Source: Mobula hypostoma (lineage: Eukaryota). From it: a stretch of 64,000 nt of DNA. The position numbers were made by a program, and so were the translations under genes. Numbering within the stretch: position 1 is the first letter of the stretch; each line of letters opens with the position of its first letter. Below are positions 34,573 through 46,078 of the stretch, in pieces. Below the pieces are notes generated by a model. That model was not told the DNA's origin, made no database searches, and saw nothing but the letters and a program-made list of their open reading frames with translations. The stretch is taken from assembly GCF_963921235.1 (NCBI RefSeq), contig NC_086097.1:223884001-223948000 (forward strand), given 5' to 3'.

Positions 34573-34653
34573 TCAAGTCAGGAAATGGACAAAAAGAATA
34601 GCTAAACCAATATTCAACAGCATAACCATGATGACCAAGATTGTATTTGGACT
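34573..34653 (-). CDS. JPH1: Junctophilin-1 last coding exon (C-terminal ER/SR membrane anchor)
   Basis: Acceptor attacag, then SPNTILVIMVMLLNIGLAILFVHFLT-stop, matching the junctophilin C-terminus. Phase 0 fits the upstream exon. Confidence 0.95.
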   Translation of the reverse strand, partial: SPNTILVIMVMLLNIGLAILFVHFLT

Positions 34654-35834
34654 CTGTAATTTTTGTAAATAAGATTTGTTATCAATGCAGGTGATGCAAA
34701 TTATTTCAGCAGCATAATTTGAATACATCTTTTAAAAATAACTGCAATACCATTTCATTTCTAGACGGCTTCTTCACAATCTCATTGTGTTACACTGTGT
34801 AAGTTAATTACTAAATGCTAAAAATTACCATTCCACAAGTAGCCATAATTAGTTTTAACAGCAATTTTGCAGGACTATACAGCTGAAGCCCTATTGCTAA
34901 AATGGGACTGAGCATTAGTCAAGCGGACACTGACGTAATCATTTCTGATTTGATGTATGATAATTTTTTATGTATCCCTCACCAGGTAATAATGACACAT
35001 TTAACAAAGTAATTAAATAAGTTTATAACATATTGTACCTTCAAAGGTACAGGATCTTACAAGCAGGCACTTTCAAGAGAGAGAAAAGACCAAGTGAAAA
35101 TTCATACACTTTACCTGTTGAATGAGTCATGCAGACTGAACCTCATTTAAATTTAATTGGTATATTTTTTAAAGGCAGTAACTTATCAAGGTTACATTCA
35201 AATATTCTTATCTTTTCCTAGTTTGCAGATAATCTTTTTAAAAATGTGGTTCTGACATATATTAATACTTTACTAATGAGTTCCTCCAAAGTACATGGAA
35301 CAGGTGATCACAGCAGCAGTTGAGTTGAACAAGTCACCCACAAAATTGAAAAAAAATGGCAGGTTGGTTCCAGAACAGAGAGAGCTGGTCCAATAGTTCG
35401 TGACTCTTAAAAGCGATCATTGTATTCAGATTTCCAGCCTCTGAAACAACTAATTGTCTAAATGTGAGACCTGTGGCCTCAGTAAGTATATGTTAATTAA
35501 CCATTGGGATTTGGCCAGTGAAAGGAGTTATTGGTCAGAAATGAGGACTTTTAATTTTGTTTGGAGCAGAACTTGCTGAAGTGGCTTTCACCAAATTGCA
35601 TTGCCAGAGGTAATATCCTTAAAGTTCAACTGTAAGCTAAACAGGACTCGGTCTTTGGTGGATGCTTGGCTGGATGAATGGGATGTTTGTATTTCCCTTT
35701 TTGTTGCTAAAATAAAACAAATAGACATAATTGAATATAAATTAGTTTAGCTTACTTTTTTATAAAATGTAAACTTCGCTAGACAGAACTAAAAGTAGCT
35801 ACATCTGTCCGTTTGCACCAAACTGGATTTGAAA

Positions 35835-35957
35835 CACTCTGATGAAGAGTCTCGGTCTGAAATGTCCATTCTTTGTTCCTTTCCATAGATGCTGCCTGAT
35901 TTGCTATGTTCCTCCAATATTACTCTGGATTTCCAGCATCTACAGAGTCTCTTGTAT
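35835..35957 (+). mobile_element. PLE terminal fragment
   Basis: CTGATGAAGAGTCTCGGTCTGAAATGTC motif plus tail. Confidence 0.7.
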
Positions 35958-36921
35958 TTTGGATACTTGCTTCTTGCATCAGTTACAATGTCTTGGGGCA
36001 GCAATGGCAACGGGAATGGCCAATGGTGGGCCATGAATTATTCTTGGCACTTTATCAGATCTTCAAAGACAATTAACAGTGTGGAAATGGTGACTACATT
36101 ATGCCTTGGGCTTCAGTCTCTTGGCCACTCTATCATGGGTCTTGTTGTAAGCCCTTCAGAGAACATTAAACATCAATCCTCTGTAACTTCTCGAAAGGTT
36201 TAATCAAGTTACTCAGGGAGAAACTACTCTTTAAAATTTTCACATTGGGATCTCTTTGATGAATCTATAAATTCAAGTTTATAGTTTCTCTTGGAATATT
36301 TTTTCCTCATTATTTGCTTAACATTAATTCATGATGACTGACCTCGAATTATTTAGCCATTAAGTCAGTTTAAACTATGGTACCATATTAGCAGCCAATA
36401 AGTCTGCTTGCACGAAGATCGGACTGAAAAAGTGAAGCACCAGAGCCCAGAAATAAGCTCCACTGAGGGCCCAGTAAATCCAACCATGTATCTGAGCTGT
36501 CTCAAGCTGGGAATGAGACAACCAGGGACAACAGCAGCAGCAACAAGCCACCAATCAATAGTGGTTACCACTCATCCATAACCACCCACTTGCAGTCTGC
36601 CATCTAACCTCATGTAGTCACCTGTCCTGGACACAGAAGCTAGTTGAGTCAGACTCTGGCAAATTCATAGGCACATCAGAAGCACGTAAAGATGTTTAAC
36701 CTTCCAGCCAGCCTATTTCAGAATGCCAATTGCTTGCTCAAGGGTTGATTCCCATTTTGGAAAGTATTGTGGTCTGATGTAGCAGATATGCTAGTTCCTG
36801 CAAGCAAAGAGATCACTGAGCATATTAGTAGCTTAACTATAAGAATTCTAAGGGTGCAGAGGAAACAAGGTTGGCAGGGAGAACAAAAGCCATGCCCAGT
36901 GTTAGTGGATTGAAGAAGTTA

Positions 36922-37315
36922 TACACACAAAGTGCTGGAGGAACTCAGCAGGCCAGGCAGCATCAATAGAAAAGGGTAAACAGTCAATGTTTTGGGCTGA
37001 ACCCCCTAATCAGGACAGGAAAAAAAGACATGAGGAGTCAGAGAGTAAGAAGGTGGGGGGGGAGGGGAGGAAGAATTACAAGGTGATAGGTGATACTGGG
37101 AGAGGGGGAGGGCTGAAGTAAAGAGCTGGGAACTTGATTGGTGAAAGAGATAATGGGCTGGAGAAGGGGTAATCTGATCGGACAGAAGAGAAGACCATGA
37201 AAGGAAGGGAAGGGGGGGGGGAGGAGCACCAGAGGGAGTGATGGGCAGATAAGGAGATAAGGTGAGAGAGGGAATTGCGAATGGTGAATGGGGGGGTGGT
37301 GAATTACCAGAAGTT
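36922..37315 (-). mobile_element. PLE pseudo-LTR fragment, no tail
   Basis: Similar to 9237-9600, with a degenerate hammerhead core. Confidence 0.75.
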
Positions 37316-37767
37316 CTTCTTGGGCTTTAATTATATTTCTATTAACCTTGTCTCAATCCTGCTTCAAACTCTGAGATAAGGATTTTTATCTTTCTAAGTA
37401 AAAGGGTTTGTTTCCCATGATGATGTTGGGGCACTTTATCTGACCAAACATGGTTAAGAAAAACATGGCTTTTATTTTATAGATTTTGATTTGCTCTAAG
37501 TAGCTGATCTTTAAAGGTTTTATTCTCCATGGAAGCATTTTTAGAAGATCTACAGATTCACAAGATATTTATCTTGATTGTCTAGATGTTTATCTTGAAT
37601 GTCTGGAAATTTATCTGGATTGTCTAAAAGACATGAAGGATATTGGCTGAGAGGTACTTTGCAGGTAACAGGAACTGCTCTGAGATTTAGTCTCAACATT
37701 TCTTTTTCCTTTAGTGGAACCTGACAAAAAGCTGTAGGAAGCTGCATAATAACCGCTGGATACATAC

Positions 37768-38417
37768 CGTCTCTTCCATTTCTTCTGATTCTTCCACACT
37801 ATCATCACTTGATTGAGATCTCAACAGTTTCTTTGGTTCTGGATCAACAACGGATAACTGTTTCTTCAATTTTGGCTCCAATTTTTTCTCTTTGACAGAA
37901 GACTTTATAGACGACTGCCTTGCAGGTGTCAGTTTTGGTATGGGCGGTTGCCTTCCAAGTACCATTGGTGTGGGATTGGCATGCTCTTCTGGCTCTTCGG
38001 GAGGCAGTTTGACATCTGTGCGCACCAAGTAACTATGGTAGGCGCTGTGCAACTGTCCATTGCCAGCAGCTGTAGCACTGAAAGCTGCTGACTTTGGCTG
38101 TATCCACTCGCTGTTCTGCTTGGCGGAGCTCTTTGATAGCTGCCTATTCAATGAAGCGCTCGAAAAATCCTTGTTTACACTGCTGGCGGAGCCCTTATTC
38201 CAACTGGTATTCGGCGTTTTCTTGTATATTGGTGGCGAAGGAGGGGGTGTTGGGCCAGGACTTTGTTCAGGACTCTGTGATGGTGTTGTACCTTTCCTGT
38301 AGAAATGGGGACTGTTATTGGCTGATGCTGGTTTTGTTTCCTTTGGAGGTGGAGGCTCTTCTTTCTTCTCTGTATATCCCATTGCCTCCTGCATTCTCTG
38401 CTTAATGTAATCGAGAC
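37768..38417 (-). CDS. JPH1: Junctophilin-1 penultimate coding exon (divergent region)
   Basis: Acceptor tttacttctatag, phase 1. Translation (G)LDYIKQRMQE...SPHFYRKGTTP...NGQLHSAYHSY...MEET matches vertebrate JPH1 as recalled (GPDYVKQRFQE, SPHFYRKGTTP, NGELHSQYHGY). Donor is ACG|gtatgt. Length 650 nt. Confidence 0.93.
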
Positions 38418-40205
38418 CTATAGAAGTAAAGAATATATTTACTAATCAACTGTGAGTAAAATGCTGACAGCGAGGAGAAATAAAAAAAGTTTTGAAGGAG
38501 AGAATAAATCCAGTTTAACGTCGTAGCTAACAATACAGGCATTGCATGAAAGCCATGAAGGCAATATCTGCACCTTAAATCTAATTTATTTTTGTATATT
38601 TCCTTATTCTTTATCATTGTTAAATGCTGTTTTTTGTTGCATGTCGTGCCAACACAGCACTGCAAATTCCTAATGCATGTAAATGTAAATGGCAAATGAA
38701 ATTGATCCTTGACTCAATTAAATATCAGTTGGTCAAAGATACAAGAAAATTAATATCCACAAAATTTAGTGTAAATCACTGTAACCTATATGTTTGATTT
38801 TTGAGCATTATGGCAGAAAATTTAAACAGATTGGAAAAGCTGGTATGTCTTTGAAGGGCAAAGTTGGTGAGAGCTAACAATTAACTGCCCTATTTCGGGT
38901 CCTCATTATTTGCCCGGTTGACTGAAATATCAACCACAAACTTGTTAGTGGATGTCGCCATGTCACTTGAATCTGATAAAAAGTTCACAAGAAGTGCAAC
39001 AATGAAAAACAAGCAGATGAGGTGAAGAAAATATAGGACATTTGGGAAATTTGATGAAACTTTAATAAATGAGGAAAGAAATCTAATGAGGTTAAATGGA
39101 AGACAAACTGCAAACAGAACTGAAGACTAGGAGCTAAAGGAAATTTCTTGGGCCTTTTGTTGCAATAAAGGACAGAATAAATGAAAACAAATGGAAACTC
39201 AAAATGGGCTGAAGTTGAACCTAAGTTGATTAGTCTGAAATTACTTGTTCTGCTTTGCAAAGTGTTCCTTTTTTCAAAGTAAATACACCCATCTTTAACA
39301 AAAAATCCTATTGAATAGCCTGACACTTATACATTGTTTTTCTCCTAAAGAAATTTTGTCTGCAGCAATAAACCACATAGACCACAGAGTCAATGATTTC
39401 TAAGTTTTCTGTCAGTCTCACATACAAACACGCAGGGGCAAATACTGACATGCAGTGCATACTTGGGATCATCTTCCCCCTCTGGAAGATGACTACAAAC
39501 CAACACCAATCCGGGCACCAAAGCATTTCTAGGTCAGAGGAAATAGAAAACTAGGTCATAGTAAAGTTCTTTGAAAAAAAAACTGACTGGTTGACTTCAT
39601 TCATCAAGCCTTCTCCCCCACTAACAGGAAGTTAGTTCAATAGGTAGATATCTGAATATTAGAATGCCTCTTATAAACTTCTGCAGAAGTTAATTCCACA
39701 TGTACTCCAGATCTTGATAACCTCTATATTCCTTAGTTCCAATTTTCTCTGAGCTAGACCGCTGGTTCTTAGTTTAACAATATGCTGTTTCATTTCATAA
39801 ATTTGAAAATTGCCACTTAAATCCCAGATACTCCTGCATCTCGAGAGAGCTGGAATCATCTGGGTAAATTTCTGAACGTTCTCCGGGGCATTAATATCTC
39901 TCTTTAGCCCACAGTTGTGCCGTGGTCCAGCCAGAAAAATTTGTGTATTTGTTGGCTGGTGTTTCTAATTTACCTGTAACAAATAAATGCCAACTGTATT
40001 TAACTAAGATATGTTTCTTCAAGTTAAACTAATTTCTTCCTTAATAATAACCCCCAGTAGCTTTCCACTACTGTTTCAGACTGACATTGAAGTAGAGAAC
40101 GTGAATGAAGCAAGTTGCTTCATGTGGACGTGATACCAGATGATTTTGCTGGAAGTAGCATTTTTATGATGTACATTACAAAATTTCAATGAAAATTATT
40201 TCTTT

Positions 40206-40370
40206 AATGAGAGAGGCAGAGAATGGCCAGACTGGTTCAAACAGAGAAGAAGGTGACAGTAACTCGAAACCACACATTACAACAGTGGTGTGCAGAAGAG
40301 CATCTCTGAACACACAGCACATCGAACCTTGAAGTGCATGGGCAACAGCAGCAGAAGACCACGAGCACGT
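40206..40370 (+). mobile_element. Tc1-like transposase fragment
   Basis: Decayed RMARLVQ...YNSGVQKSISEHTAHRTLKCMGNSSRRP, resembling the Tc1 DNA-binding region. Confidence 0.6.
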
Positions 40371-40520
40371 CACCATAGACTACCTGGACATTCATTTTCT
40401 TGAAGGCATTCACAGTAGAACAGAGAAATACATTAGAATCAATGAAAAACTACACACAAAGATTAACAAACAACCAATATGCATAAACTGCAAATTTTAA
40501 AAAAAATCAGTAAATAAATA

Positions 40521-41387
40521 CAAGTTGAGTACCCCTTCTCTGAAATGTTTGGGGTAGGAGGTGTTTTGGAATTTGGATTTTTTTAAATTTTGGAATATAT
40601 AATGAGCTAGCTTGGAATCGTCATAATTTCCGACTCTGAATTTATGAGCTACCAGTAAGTAGTCTATATCTTACACTTGTTCATCACACATATGTACTCA
40701 ACAATAAAAATCATTACATACCATTAATATAATGAAAATATAATGTGTGCAAGGTAATAAAAGCAGCACAACAGCATAGGGAGAGGGTACCTGAATCAGC
40801 TGCTGAACAACAATACACAACGGCAGGCTTTCAATCTCCACCTACGATGCCTTGTTTTGATTAAAAGGTTACAGTACTCTATATTTGTAATTTACTTTTT
40901 TTAAGGCTTTATGTAAGGAATAAAAACAATCAGCATTGTAGACGTGTTCTGGTATTAGATTTTCACCAGCGACGATCTTGCCAAACTCATCAATGAATTT
41001 CTCCGCAGCTTCGTGATCAGCAGACACTTGATATTTAAAATTTTAAAAATCTTAAAAAATTTAATGCTGTGCCTTTTCTTAAATTTCTGCAACCAGCCTG
41101 CTGAATATTCACAGTTACCTTCGATTTTCAGTTTGTCGTGACAGGTCTTTGCTTGTTTCAAGATCAGCATCCCATTAAGTGGCATATGTTCACTCTGATG
41201 CTGACGATACACGATCGAGATCTTCATTTCTCGCTTTACACAATGTTTTTCTATTTTTCATTAACTTCTGCTCATTACATATGTGGGGCCACTTCTCAGA
41301 ACTGCTTGTGGTATGCAGAGACCTGCACTCAAAAAAATTTTGGATTTTGGAGATTTTTGGATTTTGAAATATGGAGCACTCAACCTA
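40521..41387 (-). mobile_element. Internally deleted Tigger/pogo DNA transposon
   Basis: TIRs CAAGTTGAGT / ACTCAACCTA, TA flanks, and a CENP-B-type HTH remnant PLNGMLILKQAK...SAGWLQKFKKRH. Confidence 0.82.
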
Positions 41388-41985
41388 TAATACTGAGAAC
41401 ATGAGCTCTAGGGTCCTTAGGTTGTGCAATCAAATCAGAGTTGAGGTGAGTGAGTTATCCACGCTGGTTCAGGAGCCTGATAGTTCCTGAGCCTGGTGAT
41501 GTGGGACCTAAAGCTCCTGTACTTCCTTCCTGATGGCAGCAGTGAGACGAGAGAATGGCCTGGATGGTGGAGGTCCTTAATGATGGATGCTGCTTTCCTG
41601 TGGCAGTGTTCCTTACAAATGTACTCAATGTTGGAGAGGGTCTGGGCTGTGTCCACCACTTCAAAAGTAGCTGCAATTTCAGATTATATTCAGACGCTTG
41701 TTTGAAGTACCAAATATCCTCATTATTTAGAAGGAGGCATGAGTGACTCACAACTGCCAAGTTCATTTTTAGCTCTTGCCACACTCTTACAGAAAACGTA
41801 CGGGGCCATCGGAAGCTGAAGGGGATGCTGAAAAGTTTTGTGAGGGCTTGAACTACAAGGGGAGACTGGATAGGTTGAGATTCTTTTCCCAGGAGGAAAG
41901 GCGGCTGGGGGTTGAACTTACAGAGGTTTATAAAATAATAAGGGGCAAAGATATCATTTTTGCAGATAGGGTAGTCTAAAATAGG

Positions 41986-42060
41986 GCCCAGATATAGCTC
42001 AGTTGGTGGAGCATCAGACTTTTAATCTGAGGGTCCAAGGTTCAAGTCCCTGTTCTGTCA
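41986..42060 (+). pseudogene. tRNA-Lys(TTT) pseudogene
   Basis: Close match to vertebrate tRNA-Lys-TTT (anticodon arm TCAGACTTTTAATCTGA, T loop GGTTCAAGTCC), with a 2-nt insertion and a broken acceptor stem. Confidence 0.85.
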
Positions 42061-42812
42061 TTGCATTTTACGGCCAAGTTGGTGTGGTCTTTCAGTGATT
42101 CTATTATAGTTATTATTCCATTATGGATTTATTGAGTATGCCTGCAAGAAAATGACTCAGAGTTGTATTTGGTGACATATATGTACTTTGAAAATTTACT
42201 TTGAACTTTTAAAACTAATTATATGGTTATATGGTTAAAGGGCATAAGTTTAAGGGGAGAGGGGAAACATTTAAAGGGGAACTGAGGGGCAAGATTTCCA
42301 TACAGAGGATGACAAATAACTGGAATGGCCTGCCTAGGATGGTGGTAGAGGCAGGTCCAATTACAATGTTTAAGAAAACACTTGGACAGATACATAAATA
42401 AGAATGGCTTTGACGGATAAGTAGCAAACACAGGCAAATGGGATTACTTTAGATAGGCACCTTAGTTGGTATTGGCAAGTTAGGCCAAAGAGTCTGCTTC
42501 CACACTGTCTAGTTCTATGAACCTGTTCAGTAATGGCTGGTGCAAGTAGGTTTTTAATCCCTGGAGGAGAAAGCTGTTGTGTTCCAAAACATGGTACACT
42601 ATGTCTTTAATCACCTTATTTCCAAATGATAACTCTAGATATTCCATTGCTTTTCTATTTAACAGGATATGTTTTGTTCATTTTGAATAAAAGTAGTGCT
42701 TGCAGGTTCCTCATTTAATTATATTTCTCTCATTATTTTGTCGTTGCCTTGGAAACACATTTAACCAATGTTGCATAAACCAGAAAGCTTAAACCCAGCC
42801 AAAACATAAGGC

Positions 42813-43034
42813 AAACAACAGGAATTCTGCAGATGCTGGAAATTCAAGCAACACACATCAAAGTTGCTGGTGAACGCAGCAGGCCAAGCAGCATCTATAG
42901 GAAGAGGCGCAGTCGACGTTTCAGGCCGAGACCCTTCGTCCTGACGAAGGGTCTCGGCCTGAAACGTCGACTGCGCCTCTTCCTATAGATGCTGCTTGGC
43001 CTGCTGCGTTCACCAGCAACTTTGATGTGTGTTG
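42813..43034. mobile_element. PLE mini fold-back insertion, 222 bp
   Basis: Perfect 92-bp arms 42849-42940 / 42943-43034, 2-nt loop, 36-nt tail on the left, and TSD CAAAACATAAGGC (42800-42812 / 43035-43047). Confidence 0.95.
42938..42971 (+). ncRNA. Minimal hammerhead ribozyme motif
   Basis: GTC-CTGACGA-AGGGTCTCGGCCT-GAAA-CG-TC-GAC. Confidence 0.7.
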
Positions 43035-43611
43035 CAAAACATAAGGCCTTGGGGCTTTTGATACAAGTTTATATTAGATCATCTCTATAATATTACAAAC
43101 TAGTAACTTGGTTTAGCCTAGAAAGAATGGCCTTGCATATTGTGTTATGCTGAAAAATCGTTTTTAAATACCCATGAAATGAAAATCCTTTCAATCAAGG
43201 TTTGCAATTATTCTGTAAAAAAAAAATTGTGACTGAGTGGTTAACAGCCAATCTTTAACTTTCAAAGTGTGAACTTGCAATTAAAGGTAAAAAACAAAAT
43301 GCCGACAAGACGCAAATTAAGTTTTACACCACTGGGCAAAAATGATTTTCTATTCCTGCTTCATACCATGAGTCTTAATTGTCCATTCCTACTTCCTGGC
43401 AGCGACTGAGGACCACAGCACCAGTGGAGAAGACTATGAAGTTATTGCCGGGGCGGGGGGGGGGGGCAGTGGAGTTTATACAGGATTGCTTTGAATTGGA
43501 CCATATTCAGGGATTCATCTTTGGATCTGAACGTGCCACAGTCGTCATCGACTTCACCAAGACCTATGTAAAGGAATGTGTGCCTCTATTGTGTCTTCCG
43601 ATGGTGTGTTG

Positions 43612-44232
43612 GCCTTCATCAACTGAGGGATTGAGTTCAAGAGTCATGAGGTAATGTCACGGCTATATAAGACCTTGGTCAGACCCCACTTGGAGTACTG
43701 TGTTCAGTTCTGGTCACCTCACTACAGGAAGGTTGTGGATACTATCGAGAGAGTGCAGAGGAGATTTACAAGGATGTTGCCTGGATTGGAGGGTGTACCT
43801 TATGAGAATAGGTTGAGTGAACTTGGCCTTTTCACCTTGGAGTGACGGAGGATGAGGGGTGACTTGATAGAGTTGTATAAGACGATGAGAGGTATTGATC
43901 GTATGGATAGCCAGAGGCTTTTACCCAGGACTGAAATGGCTAACACAGGGGGGCATAGTTTTATGGTGCTTGGAAGTAGGTACAAGGGGGGTGTCAGGGG
44001 TAAATATTTCACAGAGAGAGTGGTGGGTGTGTGGAATGCACGGCTGGCAGTGGCGGTGGTGGAAGCGGATACAATAGGGTCTTTTATGAGCCTCTTAGGC
44101 AGGTACATGGAGCTTAGAAAAATAGAGGACTATGTGCTAGGGAAATTCTAGGCAGTCTCTAGAGTAGGTTACATGGTCAGCACAACATTGTGGGCCAAAG
44201 GGCCTGTAATGTGCTGTAAATTTCTATGTTCC
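43612..44232 (+). mobile_element. CR1-type LINE 3' fragment inside a Rex1/Babar remnant (~43380-44590)
   Basis: LYKTLVRPHLEYCVQFWSPHYRK...RGDLIELYK. Confidence 0.85.
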
Positions 44233-45069
44233 TAAATGCGATGCCCTGAGACAGGACTGAATAGATCTATGCTCAGGAATGATGATCAAGACACCTACCA
44301 AGTCCAGATATGACCTCTAGAAGGCTATAACAAGAACAAAGTGACAATTTTGGAAGAAGCTAGAGGCATCGATGATCGATAGCTGTGGCAGATTACAATC
44401 AGCAGAGATCAGAAACCTCATCTCCTCCCCCCTGACCATCACCACAGACACACCTCAGGGCTGTGTGCCTAGCCCCCTGCTCTACCCTCTCTATACTTAT
44501 GGCTGTGTAGTTAAGCGAAGCTCCAACGTCAGCTAAAAATTCGCCGATGAAACCGTTATTGTTAGCAGAATCATGCAGAGTGGTGGTGCGTGGAAGAAGT
44601 TACCAGGGAGAGCAGTGGAAGCAGGCAGTTTGGTTGAGTTTAAGAGGCTTTAAGATAGACACATGAATATTAAGGAAATGGAGGGATAGAGATGATACAC
44701 CCAAAGAGGACAATGAGTCGAAATTGACATTAAGATTAGCACAATATTGTGGGCTGAATGGCCTGCCCAGTGCTTTACTGTTCTCTAAACTGGAATACAC
44801 AGATAACTATTCACACAAAATACCGATAATTTTAATGTATCCTACCACTATTATATTTTAAAAGTTAAAAAGACATAACTGCACCAAGTAGATAAATACC
44901 TAAGAACTATTACAAAGTCTCGGTAATGTTTAGCATTTTACGTAAACAGGTCTGCTGTCATAATGGCAGAGCTAAGAATCTTTAGTAACAAACATTGGTT
45001 ACAAAGAATGGTACATTTGATACAAGAGGTTTTAGATTGAAGGACCAGAATGTTTGAATTTGAATGCGA

Positions 45070-46078
45070 TGTTAGCCTTCATTTCAAGAGGACTAGCATA
45101 TAAAAGCAAGCGTGTAATGTTGAGACTTTATAAAGCTCTGGTAAGGTCACACTTGGAGTACTGTGAGCAGTTTTGGGCCCCTCATCTAGAACGGATGAGC
45201 TGACACTGGACAGGGTTCAAAGGAGGTTTTCGAAAATGATGCCAGGATTGAATTATCTTGTCATATGAAAAAGTATTTTTATACACATATTCTTTCTCTC
45301 ACTCTCCTTTTTCTCCCTCTGTCCCTCTGACTATACCCCTTGACCATCCTCTGGTTCCCCCACCCCCACCTTGTCTTTCTCCCCGGGCCTCCTGTCCCAT
45401 GATCCTCTCATTTCCCCTTTGCCAATCACCTGTCCAGCTCTTGGCTCCATCCCTCCCCCTCCTGTCTTCTCCAATCATTTTGGATCTCCCCCTCCCCCTC
45501 CCACTTTCAAATCTCTTACTAACTCTTCCTTCAGTTAGTCCTGACGAAGGGTCTCGACCTGAAACGTTGACTGTACCTCTTCCTATAGATGCTGCCGGGC
45601 CTGCTGCATTCACCAGCAACTTTGCTGTGTGTTGCTTGAAAAAGTATTTGATGGCTTTGGGCCTGTATTCACTAGAATTCAGAAGAATGAGGGGTGACCT
45701 CATTAAAACCAATTGAATGGTGAAAGGCCTTGATAGAGTGGATATGCAAAAGATGTTTTCAATGATGAGAGAGTCTAGGACCAGAGGACACAGTCTCAGA
45801 ATAGAGGGGCATCCTTTTAGAATAGAGATGAGGAGGAATTTCTTTAGCCAGAGAGTGGTGAATCTGTGGAATTCAATGCCACTGGCAGCTGTGGAGGCAA
45901 AGCCTTTAAGAATAGTTAAGGCAGAGGCTGATAGATTCTTGATTGGTCAGGGCATGAAGGGATATGGGGAGAAGACAGGAGATTAGAACTGAGAGGAAAA
46001 TTGGATCAGCCATGATGAAATGGTGGAGCAGACTCGATGGGCCAAATGGCCTAATTCTGCTTCTATATCTTGTGGTCT
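45070..46078 (+). mobile_element. CR1-type LINE 3' fragment interrupted by a PLE
   Basis: CR1 RT C-terminal remnant continuous across the TSD. Confidence 0.82.
45279..45636 (+). mobile_element. Single-arm PLE pseudo-LTR without tail
   Basis: TSD TGAAAAAGTATTT (45266-45278 / 45637-45649) and a hammerhead motif at 45537-45572 with a GTT triplet. Confidence 0.88.

Noticed and set aside
37711..38394. 227-aa ORF as a stand-alone gene
   Set aside because: It is an internal JPH1 exon with splice sites at 38417 and 37768.
41986..42060. Functional tRNA-Lys gene
   Set aside because: It has a 2-nt insertion, acceptor- and T-stem mismatches, and a retroelement context.
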